NCBI GenBank assembly: GCA_965222715.1
Contig: OZ244961.1
Span: forward strand, 204,609-268,608
Reading direction: 5' to 3'
Length of the DNA: 64,000 nt
Origin: Minisyncoccota bacterium
Lineage (GTDB): Bacteria; Patescibacteriota; Minisyncoccia; Phycocordibacterales; JABMNX01
Numbering within the stretch: position 1 is the stretch's first letter; each line of letters starts with the position of its first letter. The notes beneath the pieces are model-generated. The model had not been told where the DNA came from. It searched no databases and worked only from the letters and a program-made list of their open reading frames with translations. The translations under genes and the position numbers were made by a program. Shown piece by piece: positions 49,191 to 59,038 of the stretch.

Positions 49191-49783
49191 TGAAAGCAAA
49201 AAACATTTTTATACTTGTCGGTCATCCAGATGCCGATACATCAGTTGGAGCGCTCGCGACTGCATATCAAGAAGGTGCAGAGGAGACTGGGCATGTGGTG
49301 CGTCGCATGAATATCGGCGAGTTATCATTTGATCCGATTTTACATAAAGGATACAAAGTCATTCAAGAACTTGAACCAGATCTTGTATCTGTGCAGGAGA
49401 ATATGAAGTGGGCGGATCACATTGTTATTCTCTATCCAAATTGGTGGTGTACCATGCCAGCACTCCTTAAAGGTATGTTTGACCGAATGTGGCTTCCTGG
49501 TTTTGCGTTTAATTTTGAAAAAGATAAAGAGGGGAAGCGTACTGGAAAAGTACTCAAGCTCCTTAAAGGGAAGACTGCCCGAGTTGTGGTAACGACTGGT
49601 ACACACCCGCTTATTATTCGACTGCGTGACGGAGACTTTACAAATGAGATTGAACGGGGCATCCTTGGTTTCTCTGGACTTTCGGTAAAAACTTCAACAA
49701 TTGGTCCGTGTGATCATGCTTCTGAGAAGAAACAAGAAGGGTGGAAGTCTCAAATGCGGCGTCTTGGAAGAAAAGCACACTAG
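49190..49783 (+). CDS. NAD(P)H-dependent oxidoreductase, flavodoxin-like fold
   Basis: GHPD, WADHIVILYPNWW..MPALLKGMFDR. Confidence 0.92.
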   Translation: MKAKNIFILVGHPDADTSVGALATAYQEGAEETGHVVRRMNIGELSFDPILHKGYKVIQELEPDLVSVQENMKWADHIVILYPNWWCTMPALLKGMFDRMWLPGFAFNFEKDKEGKRTGKVLKLLKGKTARVVVTTGTHPLIIRLRDGDFTNEIERGILGFSGLSVKTSTIGPCDHASEKKQEGWKSQMRRLGRKAH

Positions 49784-49789
49784 AATACT

Positions 49790-50887
49790 ATGTCACTTTC
49801 AATTGGAATTGTTGGGCTCCCCAATGTAGGGAAGTCGACACTGTTTAATGCGCTCACTAAACGCTCAGTACCAGCGGAGAATTTTCCATTTTGTACTATT
49901 GATCCATCTGTGGGGGTGGTCGCAGTTCCTGATCAACGACTTATTACTCTCAGCAACTTATCACAGTCAGAAAAAACTATTCCTGCTGCAATTGAATTTG
50001 TAGATATTGCGGGGTTGGTTAAGGGAGCGTCTCAAGGTGAAGGGCTTGGAAATAAGTTTTTGGCAAACATCCGTGAAGTTGACGCAATTGCACACACCGT
50101 TCGTTTATTCGAAGATGCTGATATTACACATGTGCACGGTGCAATTGATCCGGTTGATGATATTGAGGTTATTAACATTGAATTGATTGTTGCTGATATG
50201 CAAACAACTACAAAACGTTTGCAGTCTCTTGAGCGAGAAGTAAAGCGAAATGAGAAAGAAGCAGTGTTTGAACATACTGCAGTACAAAAAGTTGCTCGTA
50301 CACTTGAAGAAGGAAAACTTGCACGACAAACTGATCTTACTGATAAGGAGGTAGAGGTTATTAAGGGACTACACCTACTTACCATGAAACCAATGCTTTA
50401 CGTGCTTAATAAAAAAGCAAACGCACTTAATATAGATGAAGAAAATACTCTACGTTGGCAGCGATTAGAAAACTTTTTAGAAGAACATAATGCCGAGTAC
50501 GTCATTATTGATGCAGGTATTGAACATGAGCTTAAAGATGTAAGTGAGGAAGATCGAGAAGAATTTCTACGTGAGTTCGGAGTAGTTGAAGACGGTATTT
50601 CTAACTTTATTCGCACAAGTTACTCACTCCTTAACCTTATCACTTTTTTTACTACTGGAGAAAAAGAGACTCGCGCATGGACAACTAAGAAGGAAAGTAC
50701 AGCGCCTCAGGCAGGAACAGCAATTCATACTGACTTTAGAGATAAATTCATTCGAGCAGATATTATTGCATACGAGAAGCTTGTTGAAGCAGGATCGTAT
50801 GCTAATGCTCGAGAGAAGGGGTGGGTGCGCACAGAAGGGAAAGAGTATATCGTTCAAGATGGTGACGTGATTGAATTTCGTATTTAG
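49790..50887 (+). CDS. ychF: Redox-regulated ATPase YchF
   Basis: GLPNVGKST, FPFCTIDP, DIAGLVKGAS.GEGLGNKFL, EGKEYIVQDGD. Confidence 0.97.
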   Translation: MSLSIGIVGLPNVGKSTLFNALTKRSVPAENFPFCTIDPSVGVVAVPDQRLITLSNLSQSEKTIPAAIEFVDIAGLVKGASQGEGLGNKFLANIREVDAIAHTVRLFEDADITHVHGAIDPVDDIEVINIELIVADMQTTTKRLQSLEREVKRNEKEAVFEHTAVQKVARTLEEGKLARQTDLTDKEVEVIKGLHLLTMKPMLYVLNKKANALNIDEENTLRWQRLENFLEEHNAEYVIIDAGIEHELKDVSEEDREEFLREFGVVEDGISNFIRTSYSLLNLITFFTTGEKETRAWTTKKESTAPQAGTAIHTDFRDKFIRADIIAYEKLVEAGSYANAREKGWVRTEGKEYIVQDGDVIEFRI

Positions 50888-50954
50888 GGTTGAGTCGACT
50901 TTTTTTAATACTCTTGTATAATTTTCTACATTATTGCGTAGTACCACATTTAGT

Positions 50955-51893
50955 ATGAAAACAACACCAAAAGACTTCTTTCTCTGGGCGGGAGCAATGA
51001 TCTCCTTATATGGAGGAATTATAGCTTTTATTACCCTCCTCTTTAACTACATTAATTACGCGTTCCCTGATCCGCTCCGCTACACACCTGACCCATATTC
51101 AGGTGGTATGCCATACCAGATGGCATCTCTCATTATTCTTGCGCCACTGTTTCTCATACTGATGCGCGTTATTCGTTCAGATATTGCAAAAGATACAAAT
51201 CGCGCAGAGGTGTGGGTGCGTCGTTGGGCACTCTTTCTAACTGTGTTTGTTGCAGGGGCAACAGTTGTTGTTGACCTTATCGTACTCCTTACCACATTTT
51301 TAAGTGGAGAGTCGCTTACTATTGCTTTTCTTCTTAAAGTACTGGTAGTACTCCTTGTTGCTGGCGGCGCATTCTTACACTTCTTGGCAGACTTACGTGG
51401 CTACTGGATTCAAAACCCAGCAAAAGCAAAATCAATCAACTGGGGAGTGGGGGTTGTTGTACTTATAGCAATCGTTACTGGATTCTTTATTGTCGGTACC
51501 CCGCAAGACGCTCGTATGCATCGTTTTGATCGAGAAAAAATTAATGATCTTTCAAGTATACAGTGGCAGGTTGTGAATTTTTATCAACAAAAAGAACGAC
51601 TCCCTGAAGACTTAGAAGAGCTCGAGGATCCACTTACTGGTTTTGTTCTTCCAACAGATCCACAAACAGAAAATAGGTACGAGTATGAGAAGACAGACAC
51701 TCTTACATTTACACTTTGTGCCACCTTTAATCGTGAAAGTCGTGGTTACACAGAAGAAGTACTACGTCCCGTTGCTCTTGAAAGTAGCTTACGATACGGT
51801 TTTGACGACCAAAATTGGGCGCATGGGGTAGGAGAGACATGTTTTGAGAGAACTATTGATCCAGATAAATTCCCCCAACTTAACAAACGGTAA
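50955..51893 (+). CDS. DUF5671-like membrane protein
   Basis: TPKDFFL start, five TM segments, C-terminal pilin-like DPQT..YEY...LCATF. Confidence 0.7.
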   Translation: MKTTPKDFFLWAGAMISLYGGIIAFITLLFNYINYAFPDPLRYTPDPYSGGMPYQMASLIILAPLFLILMRVIRSDIAKDTNRAEVWVRRWALFLTVFVAGATVVVDLIVLLTTFLSGESLTIAFLLKVLVVLLVAGGAFLHFLADLRGYWIQNPAKAKSINWGVGVVVLIAIVTGFFIVGTPQDARMHRFDREKINDLSSIQWQVVNFYQQKERLPEDLEELEDPLTGFVLPTDPQTENRYEYEKTDTLTFTLCATFNRESRGYTEEVLRPVALESSLRYGFDDQNWAHGVGETCFERTIDPDKFPQLNKR

Positions 51894-51914
51894 ATTACAG
51901 ATATAACACAGCAC

Positions 51915-54287
51915 ATGGAGTCCTATAACCACCAAGAGATAGAAAAAAAATGGCAAGAGCGGTGGCGTGCGGATGGTATCTACACTGTTGGAGAGCGTGA
52001 TACTTCAAAAGAAAAAGAGTATGTATTGGTTGAGTGGCCCTACCCATCTGGAAACCTCCACATTGGTCACTGGTTTGCCTTTGCGGTAGTTGACATATAC
52101 GTTCGTTTCAAACGGATGCTTGGGAAACAAGTACTTTTTCCTATGGGGTTTGATGCGTTTGGCCTTCCTGCAGAAAATGCAGCAATAAAACACGGACTTG
52201 ATCCTAAAGAGTGGACTGAGAAGAATGTCGCACATATGAAAGCCCAGCTTGAGAGTATGGGGAATAGTTTTTCATGGGAGAAGACAGCAAGTTCAACTGA
52301 CCCAGAATATTACCGATGGACACAGTGGATGTTCACTAAGTTTTTTGAGAATGATATCGCGTATCGTGGAAAGGGGGTCGTTAATTGGTGTCCATCATGT
52401 AATACCGTGCTTGCAAATGAGCAAGTAACTACTGATGAACGTTGTGAGCGATGTGGTGCGGAAGTTGAGAAGAAAGAGATGGATGAGTGGAAGATGCGCA
52501 TCACAAAATATGCTGATCAACTCGTTGATGATCTTGACACTCTAGACTGGCCTCAACACATAAAAGAATCTCAACGAAATTGGATTGGTCGTTCAAAAGG
52601 AGCTCGTATTTCTTTTGATATTTCAACGGGAGATAAGGTGGAGGTGTTTACCACTCGACCAGATACACTCTTTGGTGCGACCTACCTTGTCCTAGCGCCT
52701 GATCATCCGCTGGTAAAGAAGTTACAACAATCAATCACAAACACAGATGAAGTATCTCGCTATATCGCGGTCACACAGAAGAAGTCTGAGCAAGATCGAC
52801 TTGATGTAACAAAAGAAAAAACAGGTGTAGTACTCGAAGGCGTTACTGCAACAAACCCAGGAGATAATAAAGAGATCCCTGTGTTCATCGCTGACTATGT
52901 TCTTCTTGGGTATGGTACTGGAGCTATCATGGCGGTCCCGGCGCATGATGAGCGGGATTTTGCCTTTGCGGAGAAGTTTAATCTTCCGACACTACAGGTT
53001 ATAGAAACTTCTGAGAAGCTTCCATATGCTGGTGATGGTGTGCTTATACACTCTGGAGAATTTGATGGCATGGACTCCAGGGAGGCAAAAATAGCTATCA
53101 CCAAAAAGGTTGGTGGCACACTCGAGAATACGTATCGACTTCGTGATTGGTCGGTAGGTCGTCAGCGGTACTGGGGTGTGCCTATTCCAATTGTTTATGA
53201 CCCAGATGGCAAAGCTCACTCAATACCAGAAGAACATCTCCCATGGTTACTACCCGAAGATGTTGATTTCCGCCCAACAGGTGAGCCACCACTTGCTAAG
53301 AGTAAAGAGTTAAAAGAACGTACTGAGAAGGTTTTTGGAGAAGGGTGGACGCCTGAAGTTGAGACAATGGATACTTTCGTTGATTCATCGTGGTATTTCC
53401 TCCGATATATTGATAACAGTAATAATGAAGTATTTTCCTCACTACAGAAACAAAAAGAGTGGATGCCAGTTGATCTCTATTTTGGTGGCGCGGAGCATAC
53501 TACTATGCACCTCCTTTACTCTCGTTTTTGGCAAAAGGCTTTATATGATCTCGATCTGGTAACTGAAAATGAACCATACACAAAACGTGTTAATCGCGGA
53601 TTAGTACTCGGCCCTGATGGTAATAAAATGAGTAAATCAAAAGGTAACGTTATTGACCCAGATGAACAGGTTGCTCGACTCGGGGCTGACACAGTAAAAA
53701 TGTATCTTGCATTCATGGGACCATATGGAGAGGTTACCAACTACCCATGGGACATGGGAGGCATTGTTGGTATTCGACGTTTTCTTGAACGCGTGTATTC
53801 ACTTAAGACACATATTACAGAAACTGATACAGATGAAGTGATAACACTTCTTCATCAGACAATACATAAAGTACAAAACGATATTACTTATTATAAATTT
53901 AATACAGCCATTAGCGCACTCATGGTTTTTGTAAACACAGCTGAGAAGAAAGGTATATCACAAGAAACGTATGAAGTGTTTTTGACGGCGCTTGCGCCCT
54001 TTGCACCCCACTTAACTGAAGAGCTGTGGAGTATGTGTGGTAAGGGTACATCTATTCATCTCGAGTCTTATCCAGAATATGATCCACAAAAACTTCTCTC
54101 CGACAGTGTTTCTATTGTGGTACAGATAAATGGTAAGACGCGGGGTGCGGTTGAGGTGCCTACAGACAGCAGCGAGGGAGACGTGGTTAAGAAAGTACAA
54201 GACACTGATGAATTCTCGCGGTGGATAGAAGGAGAGCCGAGTCGAGTGATCTATATTACAAACAAGTTAATAAATATACTGACATAG
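51915..54287 (+). CDS. leuS: Leucine--tRNA ligase
   Basis: PYPSGNLHIGH, GFDAFGLPAENAA, GTGAIMAVPAHDERD, KMSKS. Confidence 0.98.
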   Translation: MESYNHQEIEKKWQERWRADGIYTVGERDTSKEKEYVLVEWPYPSGNLHIGHWFAFAVVDIYVRFKRMLGKQVLFPMGFDAFGLPAENAAIKHGLDPKEWTEKNVAHMKAQLESMGNSFSWEKTASSTDPEYYRWTQWMFTKFFENDIAYRGKGVVNWCPSCNTVLANEQVTTDERCERCGAEVEKKEMDEWKMRITKYADQLVDDLDTLDWPQHIKESQRNWIGRSKGARISFDISTGDKVEVFTTRPDTLFGATYLVLAPDHPLVKKLQQSITNTDEVSRYIAVTQKKSEQDRLDVTKEKTGVVLEGVTATNPGDNKEIPVFIADYVLLGYGTGAIMAVPAHDERDFAFAEKFNLPTLQVIETSEKLPYAGDGVLIHSGEFDGMDSREAKIAITKKVGGTLENTYRLRDWSVGRQRYWGVPIPIVYDPDGKAHSIPEEHLPWLLPEDVDFRPTGEPPLAKSKELKERTEKVFGEGWTPEVETMDTFVDSSWYFLRYIDNSNNEVFSSLQKQKEWMPVDLYFGGAEHTTMHLLYSRFWQKALYDLDLVTENEPYTKRVNRGLVLGPDGNKMSKSKGNVIDPDEQVARLGADTVKMYLAFMGPYGEVTNYPWDMGGIVGIRRFLERVYSLKTHITETDTDEVITLLHQTIHKVQNDITYYKFNTAISALMVFVNTAEKKGISQETYEVFLTALAPFAPHLTEELWSMCGKGTSIHLESYPEYDPQKLLSDSVSIVVQINGKTRGAVEVPTDSSEGDVVKKVQDTDEFSRWIEGEPSRVIYITNKLINILT

Positions 54288-54374
54288 AGCCATTTTAGGG
54301 ACACCTTGACGAAATACTAGACAAATGATACAAATTAGGGTACACTATCTCGGACATATCAATATTTACGAAAC

Positions 54375-55406
54375 ATGGCAAAAATTGCATTCAAACCAAA
54401 ACAAGTAACCAAAACACTTCTCGCGGTTCTTCCTGATCGCGCTCGAGAAGTGCTTATTAACCGGTATGGTCTTGGTAAGAGTGCAGAGAAGATGACACTT
54501 GAAGCAATTGGTAAAAAGTACAGCATCACCCGTGAGCGAGTGCGACAAATTGAAAACCATGCAATTCAAAGTATTCAAAAATCAGAAGCATTTGAGAAAG
54601 CAGAAAATGCTTTTGATGAGCTAGAAGGTCTTATTGACTCACTCGGTGGTGTTGTCGGGGAAGAAGAACTTCTTGCTAGTATTTCAAAAGAAAAAAGTAC
54701 ACAGAACCATATTCATTTCTTGCTCGTACTTGGAAGCCCATTTGTACATGAAAAAGAAGATAAAGAATTTATTCATCGTTGGCATGTAAACGGCACTCTT
54801 GCCGATCAAGTACATACCGCACTTCGTAGTTTGTATAAAAACCTTTCAGATGATGATCTTATTCCTGAATCAGATTTCATCCAATCATTCCTTGCGGAGC
54901 TTAAGGATTTAAATGAAAAATATCGAGACGAGGAAATTCTACGTCGATGGCTCGCACTTTCAAAGACAGTCGACAAAAACCCTCTTGGTGAATGGGGTGC
55001 TGCACACTCACCAAATGTGCGTGCAAAAGGCATGCGCGACTTTGCATATCTTGCTATTAAACGTCATGGTTCACCAATGCACTTTACTGAAGTTGCTCGA
55101 GCCATTACTGAACTCTTTAACCGAAAAGCACATACCGCAACGTGTCACAATGAGCTTATTAAAGACAAGCGTTTTGTACTTGTTGGTCGTGGACTCTATG
55201 CTCTTTCTGAGTGGGGATACTCACAGGGGGTAGTGAAAGACGTACTTCGTGAAATACTTAAGAGCGAAGGACCACTTACTCGTGAAGAACTTATTGATCG
55301 TGTACGCAAGGAGCGCTATGTGAAAGATAATACGGTCTTTGTTAACCTACAAGATCCTTCTATTTTTAAAAAGGATTCAGATGGCCGCTACTCTGTAGTT
55401 AAATAA
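54375..55406 (+). CDS. Sigma70 region-4 HTH plus HARE-HTH (RNAP delta-like) domain protein
   Basis: TLEAIG..YSITRERVRQIE; HNELIKDKRFVLVGRGLYALSEWGY. Confidence 0.8.
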   Translation: MAKIAFKPKQVTKTLLAVLPDRAREVLINRYGLGKSAEKMTLEAIGKKYSITRERVRQIENHAIQSIQKSEAFEKAENAFDELEGLIDSLGGVVGEEELLASISKEKSTQNHIHFLLVLGSPFVHEKEDKEFIHRWHVNGTLADQVHTALRSLYKNLSDDDLIPESDFIQSFLAELKDLNEKYRDEEILRRWLALSKTVDKNPLGEWGAAHSPNVRAKGMRDFAYLAIKRHGSPMHFTEVARAITELFNRKAHTATCHNELIKDKRFVLVGRGLYALSEWGYSQGVVKDVLREILKSEGPLTREELIDRVRKERYVKDNTVFVNLQDPSIFKKDSDGRYSVVK

Positions 55407-55475
55407 AATTAAGAACTCTCTATCTGTTTGTAAAAGAGCTGTATCACACAGCTCTTTTGCGTTATTATTATACCA

Positions 55476-56810
55476 ATGAAGTTAAATCCAATTGAGATTC
55501 TTGAAGAGTTTAATCTCTCTCCACTTTTTATTATTGTTCCACTTTTTTTGGGACTCTTATGGTTTATTTCAACACTTATTCCAGTAAGTATTACTCCTGC
55601 ACTACGATTAATACTCCTTCTTTCTCCTATATGGTTACCCCTCGTTCTTGCACCGCTATTTTGGCGACTGTGGGTTGAATATATTCGAGCTAAATTTATT
55701 GCAAGTCAAGAATACGTCTTACTTGAGATTCGACTACCACGTGAAGTTGTTCGTTCACCTCTTGCGATGGAGACACTTCTCACCAATCTTCATCTTGGAA
55801 TAGGGGAAGGTACGTTTATCAACCGATACATTGAAGGAAAAGTACGCCCATGGTTTTCACTTGAAATGGTATCTCTTGGGGGAAACGTTCATTTTTACAT
55901 ATGGACACGTAAATTCTTAAAAGATGTTGTGGAGACACAGATTTATGGTCAGTATCCTATGGTTGAGGTGCACGAAGTAGAAGATTATACTAATCGGGTT
56001 TTATATAACCCTGAGACATACAACGTCTGGGGGTGTGACTTTAAACTTACTAAAGAAGATGGGTATCCAATTAAAACATACATTGATTATGGGTTAGATA
56101 AAGATCCAAAAGAAGAGTACAAGATTGACCCCATGTCTGGCTTCTTTGAATTCTTAAGCCACGTGGGTCCAGATGAGCAGATCTGGTTTCAGCTGATGAT
56201 CCGTGTCAATAAAGATAAACTTACTGAAGATAGAAAGTACAAAGGGGGAGCACTTTTCGTAAAGACAACAAGTTGGAAGGATGAGGCAAAAGATCTCATA
56301 AAGAAGATACGAGATGAAACAGCTACAAAGTATGTGGACGAAAAAGGAATTGAGCATGCAGGATTTCCCAACCCAACACCAGGGCAAGTTGACCAAATTA
56401 AGGCGCTTGAGCGAAGTATTTCAAAACTAGGGTTCGATGCGGGTATCCGCGGTATTTACATTGCTAAGAAAGATGCGTTTAATCCTTCAAACATTCCAGC
56501 CCTCACTGCATCACTAAAACAACTCAATTCAAATTCATTAAATGGTATTGCGCCTACACGGTGGTTTACACAGTTTGATTACCCGTGGCAAGATTGGCGA
56601 GGTAAAAAACAGGCAAAAATGAGGGGTGATATTATTGACGCATATAGACGACGTTCATGGTTTCATTATCCATACAAGACAGACTTCTTTGTGTTAAATA
56701 CAGAAGAGATTGCAACAATCTTTCATTTCCCAGGTTCAGTGGTACAAGCTCCAAACCTTCCTCGTATACAATCAACAAAAGGTGAAGCTCCTGCAAACCT
56801 TCCACACTAA
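55476..56810 (+). CDS. Conserved hypothetical membrane-anchored protein
   Basis: LLEIRLPRE, WFSLEMVS, YPIKTY, LNTEEIATIFHFP. Confidence 0.75.
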   Translation: MKLNPIEILEEFNLSPLFIIVPLFLGLLWFISTLIPVSITPALRLILLLSPIWLPLVLAPLFWRLWVEYIRAKFIASQEYVLLEIRLPREVVRSPLAMETLLTNLHLGIGEGTFINRYIEGKVRPWFSLEMVSLGGNVHFYIWTRKFLKDVVETQIYGQYPMVEVHEVEDYTNRVLYNPETYNVWGCDFKLTKEDGYPIKTYIDYGLDKDPKEEYKIDPMSGFFEFLSHVGPDEQIWFQLMIRVNKDKLTEDRKYKGGALFVKTTSWKDEAKDLIKKIRDETATKYVDEKGIEHAGFPNPTPGQVDQIKALERSISKLGFDAGIRGIYIAKKDAFNPSNIPALTASLKQLNSNSLNGIAPTRWFTQFDYPWQDWRGKKQAKMRGDIIDAYRRRSWFHYPYKTDFFVLNTEEIATIFHFPGSVVQAPNLPRIQSTKGEAPANLPH

Positions 56811-56831
56811 ATTCTTGTCACCACACCAGCT

Positions 56832-57863
56832 ATGTATACTCCAGAGCCTCAAGAATTCTCACTACGTACTCGTCTATATGCGCTGTACGTAAATGTATTT
56901 AAAATTCTTTTCGGCACACCACAAAAAAAAGCAATTTCATTCTCAATTATACTTATTGTTTTTGCGTTGTATGTAGGCTTGTATCGAGCGCCCGCTCATT
57001 TCCCAGCACAAGAAATCCTTGAGGTACGTGAAGGAATGACTATTGAAGAGGTGACGCAGTATTTTAAAGAAGAAGGAGTTATACGTTCACCGTTTTTATT
57101 TCGTAGTGCAGTTATTATTCTTGGAGGGGATAGAGGTGCACTTGCAGGAGAATATTATTTTGATAAACACATAGGTGCATTTTCTGTTGCGTATCGAGTA
57201 ACGCAAGGAATTTTTGGAATTGATCCTGTGCGTGTACAAATACCTGAAGGATTCACTATTGAGCAAATTGCAGAGCGACTTGATGTTCTTTTGGATGAAG
57301 ATTTTGATGCAGAACTATTTCTCTCTTATGCTCGAGCAGAGGAAGGGTATCTGTTTCCTGATACATACTACTTACCGCCAAACACGAGTGAGCTTGCAGT
57401 AGTTCGCACTATGAAAGATACGTTTGATGCTCGTATTCAAGAGATACAAGAAAGCATTACTACTTCAGGGAGATCGCTAGAAGATATTGTAACTATGGCC
57501 TCTATCATTGAACGTGAGGCAGATGAGCGTTTCGAGACGAAACAAAATGTATCAAGTGTATTATGGAACCGTATTGATATTGGTATGGCACTTCAAGTTG
57601 ACGCTGCCTTTGTTTACTTTCTTGGAAAGGGAACAGCAGAACTTACGTTAGAAGACTTACAAATTGATTCACCATATAACACCTATGTTAATACTGGTCT
57701 TACGCCAACACCAATTTCAAATCCAGGACTAGATTCATTGAAAGCGGCAGCTACTCCAGCTGAGACAGAATACTTCTATTATCTTACTGGGAACAATGGC
57801 ATAACCTACTTTAGTGAAACCTTTGATGAGCATGTGCGTAAGAAAGCTCTGTACTTAAACTAG
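56832..57863 (+). CDS. mltG: Endolytic transglycosylase MltG
   Basis: IPEG, EGYLFPDTY, ASIIEREA, SPYNTY..GL.PTPISNPG. Confidence 0.95.
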   Translation: MYTPEPQEFSLRTRLYALYVNVFKILFGTPQKKAISFSIILIVFALYVGLYRAPAHFPAQEILEVREGMTIEEVTQYFKEEGVIRSPFLFRSAVIILGGDRGALAGEYYFDKHIGAFSVAYRVTQGIFGIDPVRVQIPEGFTIEQIAERLDVLLDEDFDAELFLSYARAEEGYLFPDTYYLPPNTSELAVVRTMKDTFDARIQEIQESITTSGRSLEDIVTMASIIEREADERFETKQNVSSVLWNRIDIGMALQVDAAFVYFLGKGTAELTLEDLQIDSPYNTYVNTGLTPTPISNPGLDSLKAAATPAETEYFYYLTGNNGITYFSETFDEHVRKKALYLN

Positions 57864-57883
57864 TGTTGTGATATAACGGTGCT

Positions 57884-58948
57884 GTGAAAAATAAAGAGAT
57901 ACAAGATACAACAGTGTTTGTAGGCATTTCAGGTGGTGTGGACTCATCTGTTTCTGCTGCACTGTTGAAAGATCAGGGATACAACGTAGTTGGTGTATTT
58001 ATTAAGGTATGGCACCCGGACTTTTTAGCGTGCGATTGGGAACAAGAACGATTAGATGCCATGCGTGTGTGCGTACGTCTTGATATACCGTTCCTCACAC
58101 TTGATTTAGAGAAAGAGTATAAAGAGCATGTTGCTGATTACCTTATTTCAGAATACAAAGCCGGGAGAACACCCAATCCAGATATTATGTGTAATAAGCA
58201 TGTAAAGTTTGGTAGTTTTCTTCAGTTTGCACAAGAAAGGGGAGCTAATTACATTGCAACGGGACATTATGCGCGTATCAAAGAAACTAGTGGTGTATAT
58301 CAACTGTATTCAGGAGTTGATAGCAATAAAGACCAGTCGTATTTCCTATGGACACTTACCCAGGAAGAGCTGAAACATACCCTCTTTCCCGTTGGAGAAT
58401 TAAAAAAGGAAGAGGTGCGTAGAAAGGCAAAACAGTATGGACTTTTTACATCACAGAAGAAAGACAGCCAGGGGATTTGTTTTCTTGGTAATATTGATAT
58501 GCAAGAATTTCTTCCACACTACATTAGTACTGTGCCAGGTAATGTCTTAAATACAGAAGGGGAAGTAGTGGGGACTCATACTGGTGCTCTTATGTATACC
58601 ATTGGACAGAGGCACGGATTTGAAATTACTGAAAAAACAACTGAACGAACTCCATACTACATTGTCTCTAAAGATATAGAGAAGAATACTCTTACTGTCT
58701 CGCACAATCCTAAAGATGAATCTTTTACTACGTCACAGGTAGAATTATGTTCAATTAATTGGATAGATACACCTCCTGTAAAAGATACAAAATATCAAGC
58801 GCGATATCGTCATCTGGGAGAGTTCCATGACTGCTCTGTTGAAGAAAAGACAGTTTTCTTTAGTGAAGCACAGTATGGTATTGCACAAGGGCAGTCGCTT
58901 GTTTTGTATGACAAAGGCAGATGTGTTGGTGGGGGTATTATTGAATAA
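57884..58948 (+). CDS. mnmA: tRNA-specific 2-thiouridylase
   Basis: SGGVDSSV, TPNPDIMCN, ATGHYA, KDQSYFL, DSQGICF, TIGQR. Confidence 0.97.
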   Translation: MKNKEIQDTTVFVGISGGVDSSVSAALLKDQGYNVVGVFIKVWHPDFLACDWEQERLDAMRVCVRLDIPFLTLDLEKEYKEHVADYLISEYKAGRTPNPDIMCNKHVKFGSFLQFAQERGANYIATGHYARIKETSGVYQLYSGVDSNKDQSYFLWTLTQEELKHTLFPVGELKKEEVRRKAKQYGLFTSQKKDSQGICFLGNIDMQEFLPHYISTVPGNVLNTEGEVVGTHTGALMYTIGQRHGFEITEKTTERTPYYIVSKDIEKNTLTVSHNPKDESFTTSQVELCSINWIDTPPVKDTKYQARYRHLGEFHDCSVEEKTVFFSEAQYGIAQGQSLVLYDKGRCVGGGIIE

Positions 58949-58950
58949 AA

Positions 58951-58982
58951 AATAAACGCCAAGAGTACTCTTGGCGTTTATT
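58951..58982. repeat. Palindromic repeat copy 4 (32 bp perfect)
   Basis: AATAAACGCCAAGAGT|ACTCTTGGCGTTTATT. Confidence 0.9.
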
Positions 58983-59038
58983 GTGGCTCTAAACAGCCAC
59001 AGTTTTGCATATACAGTTGAACATACTATTATATGTGT

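Noticed and set aside
12320-58982. Palindromic repeats as CRISPR repeats
   Set aside because: Copies are kilobases apart, there are no spacers, and there are no cas genes in the window.
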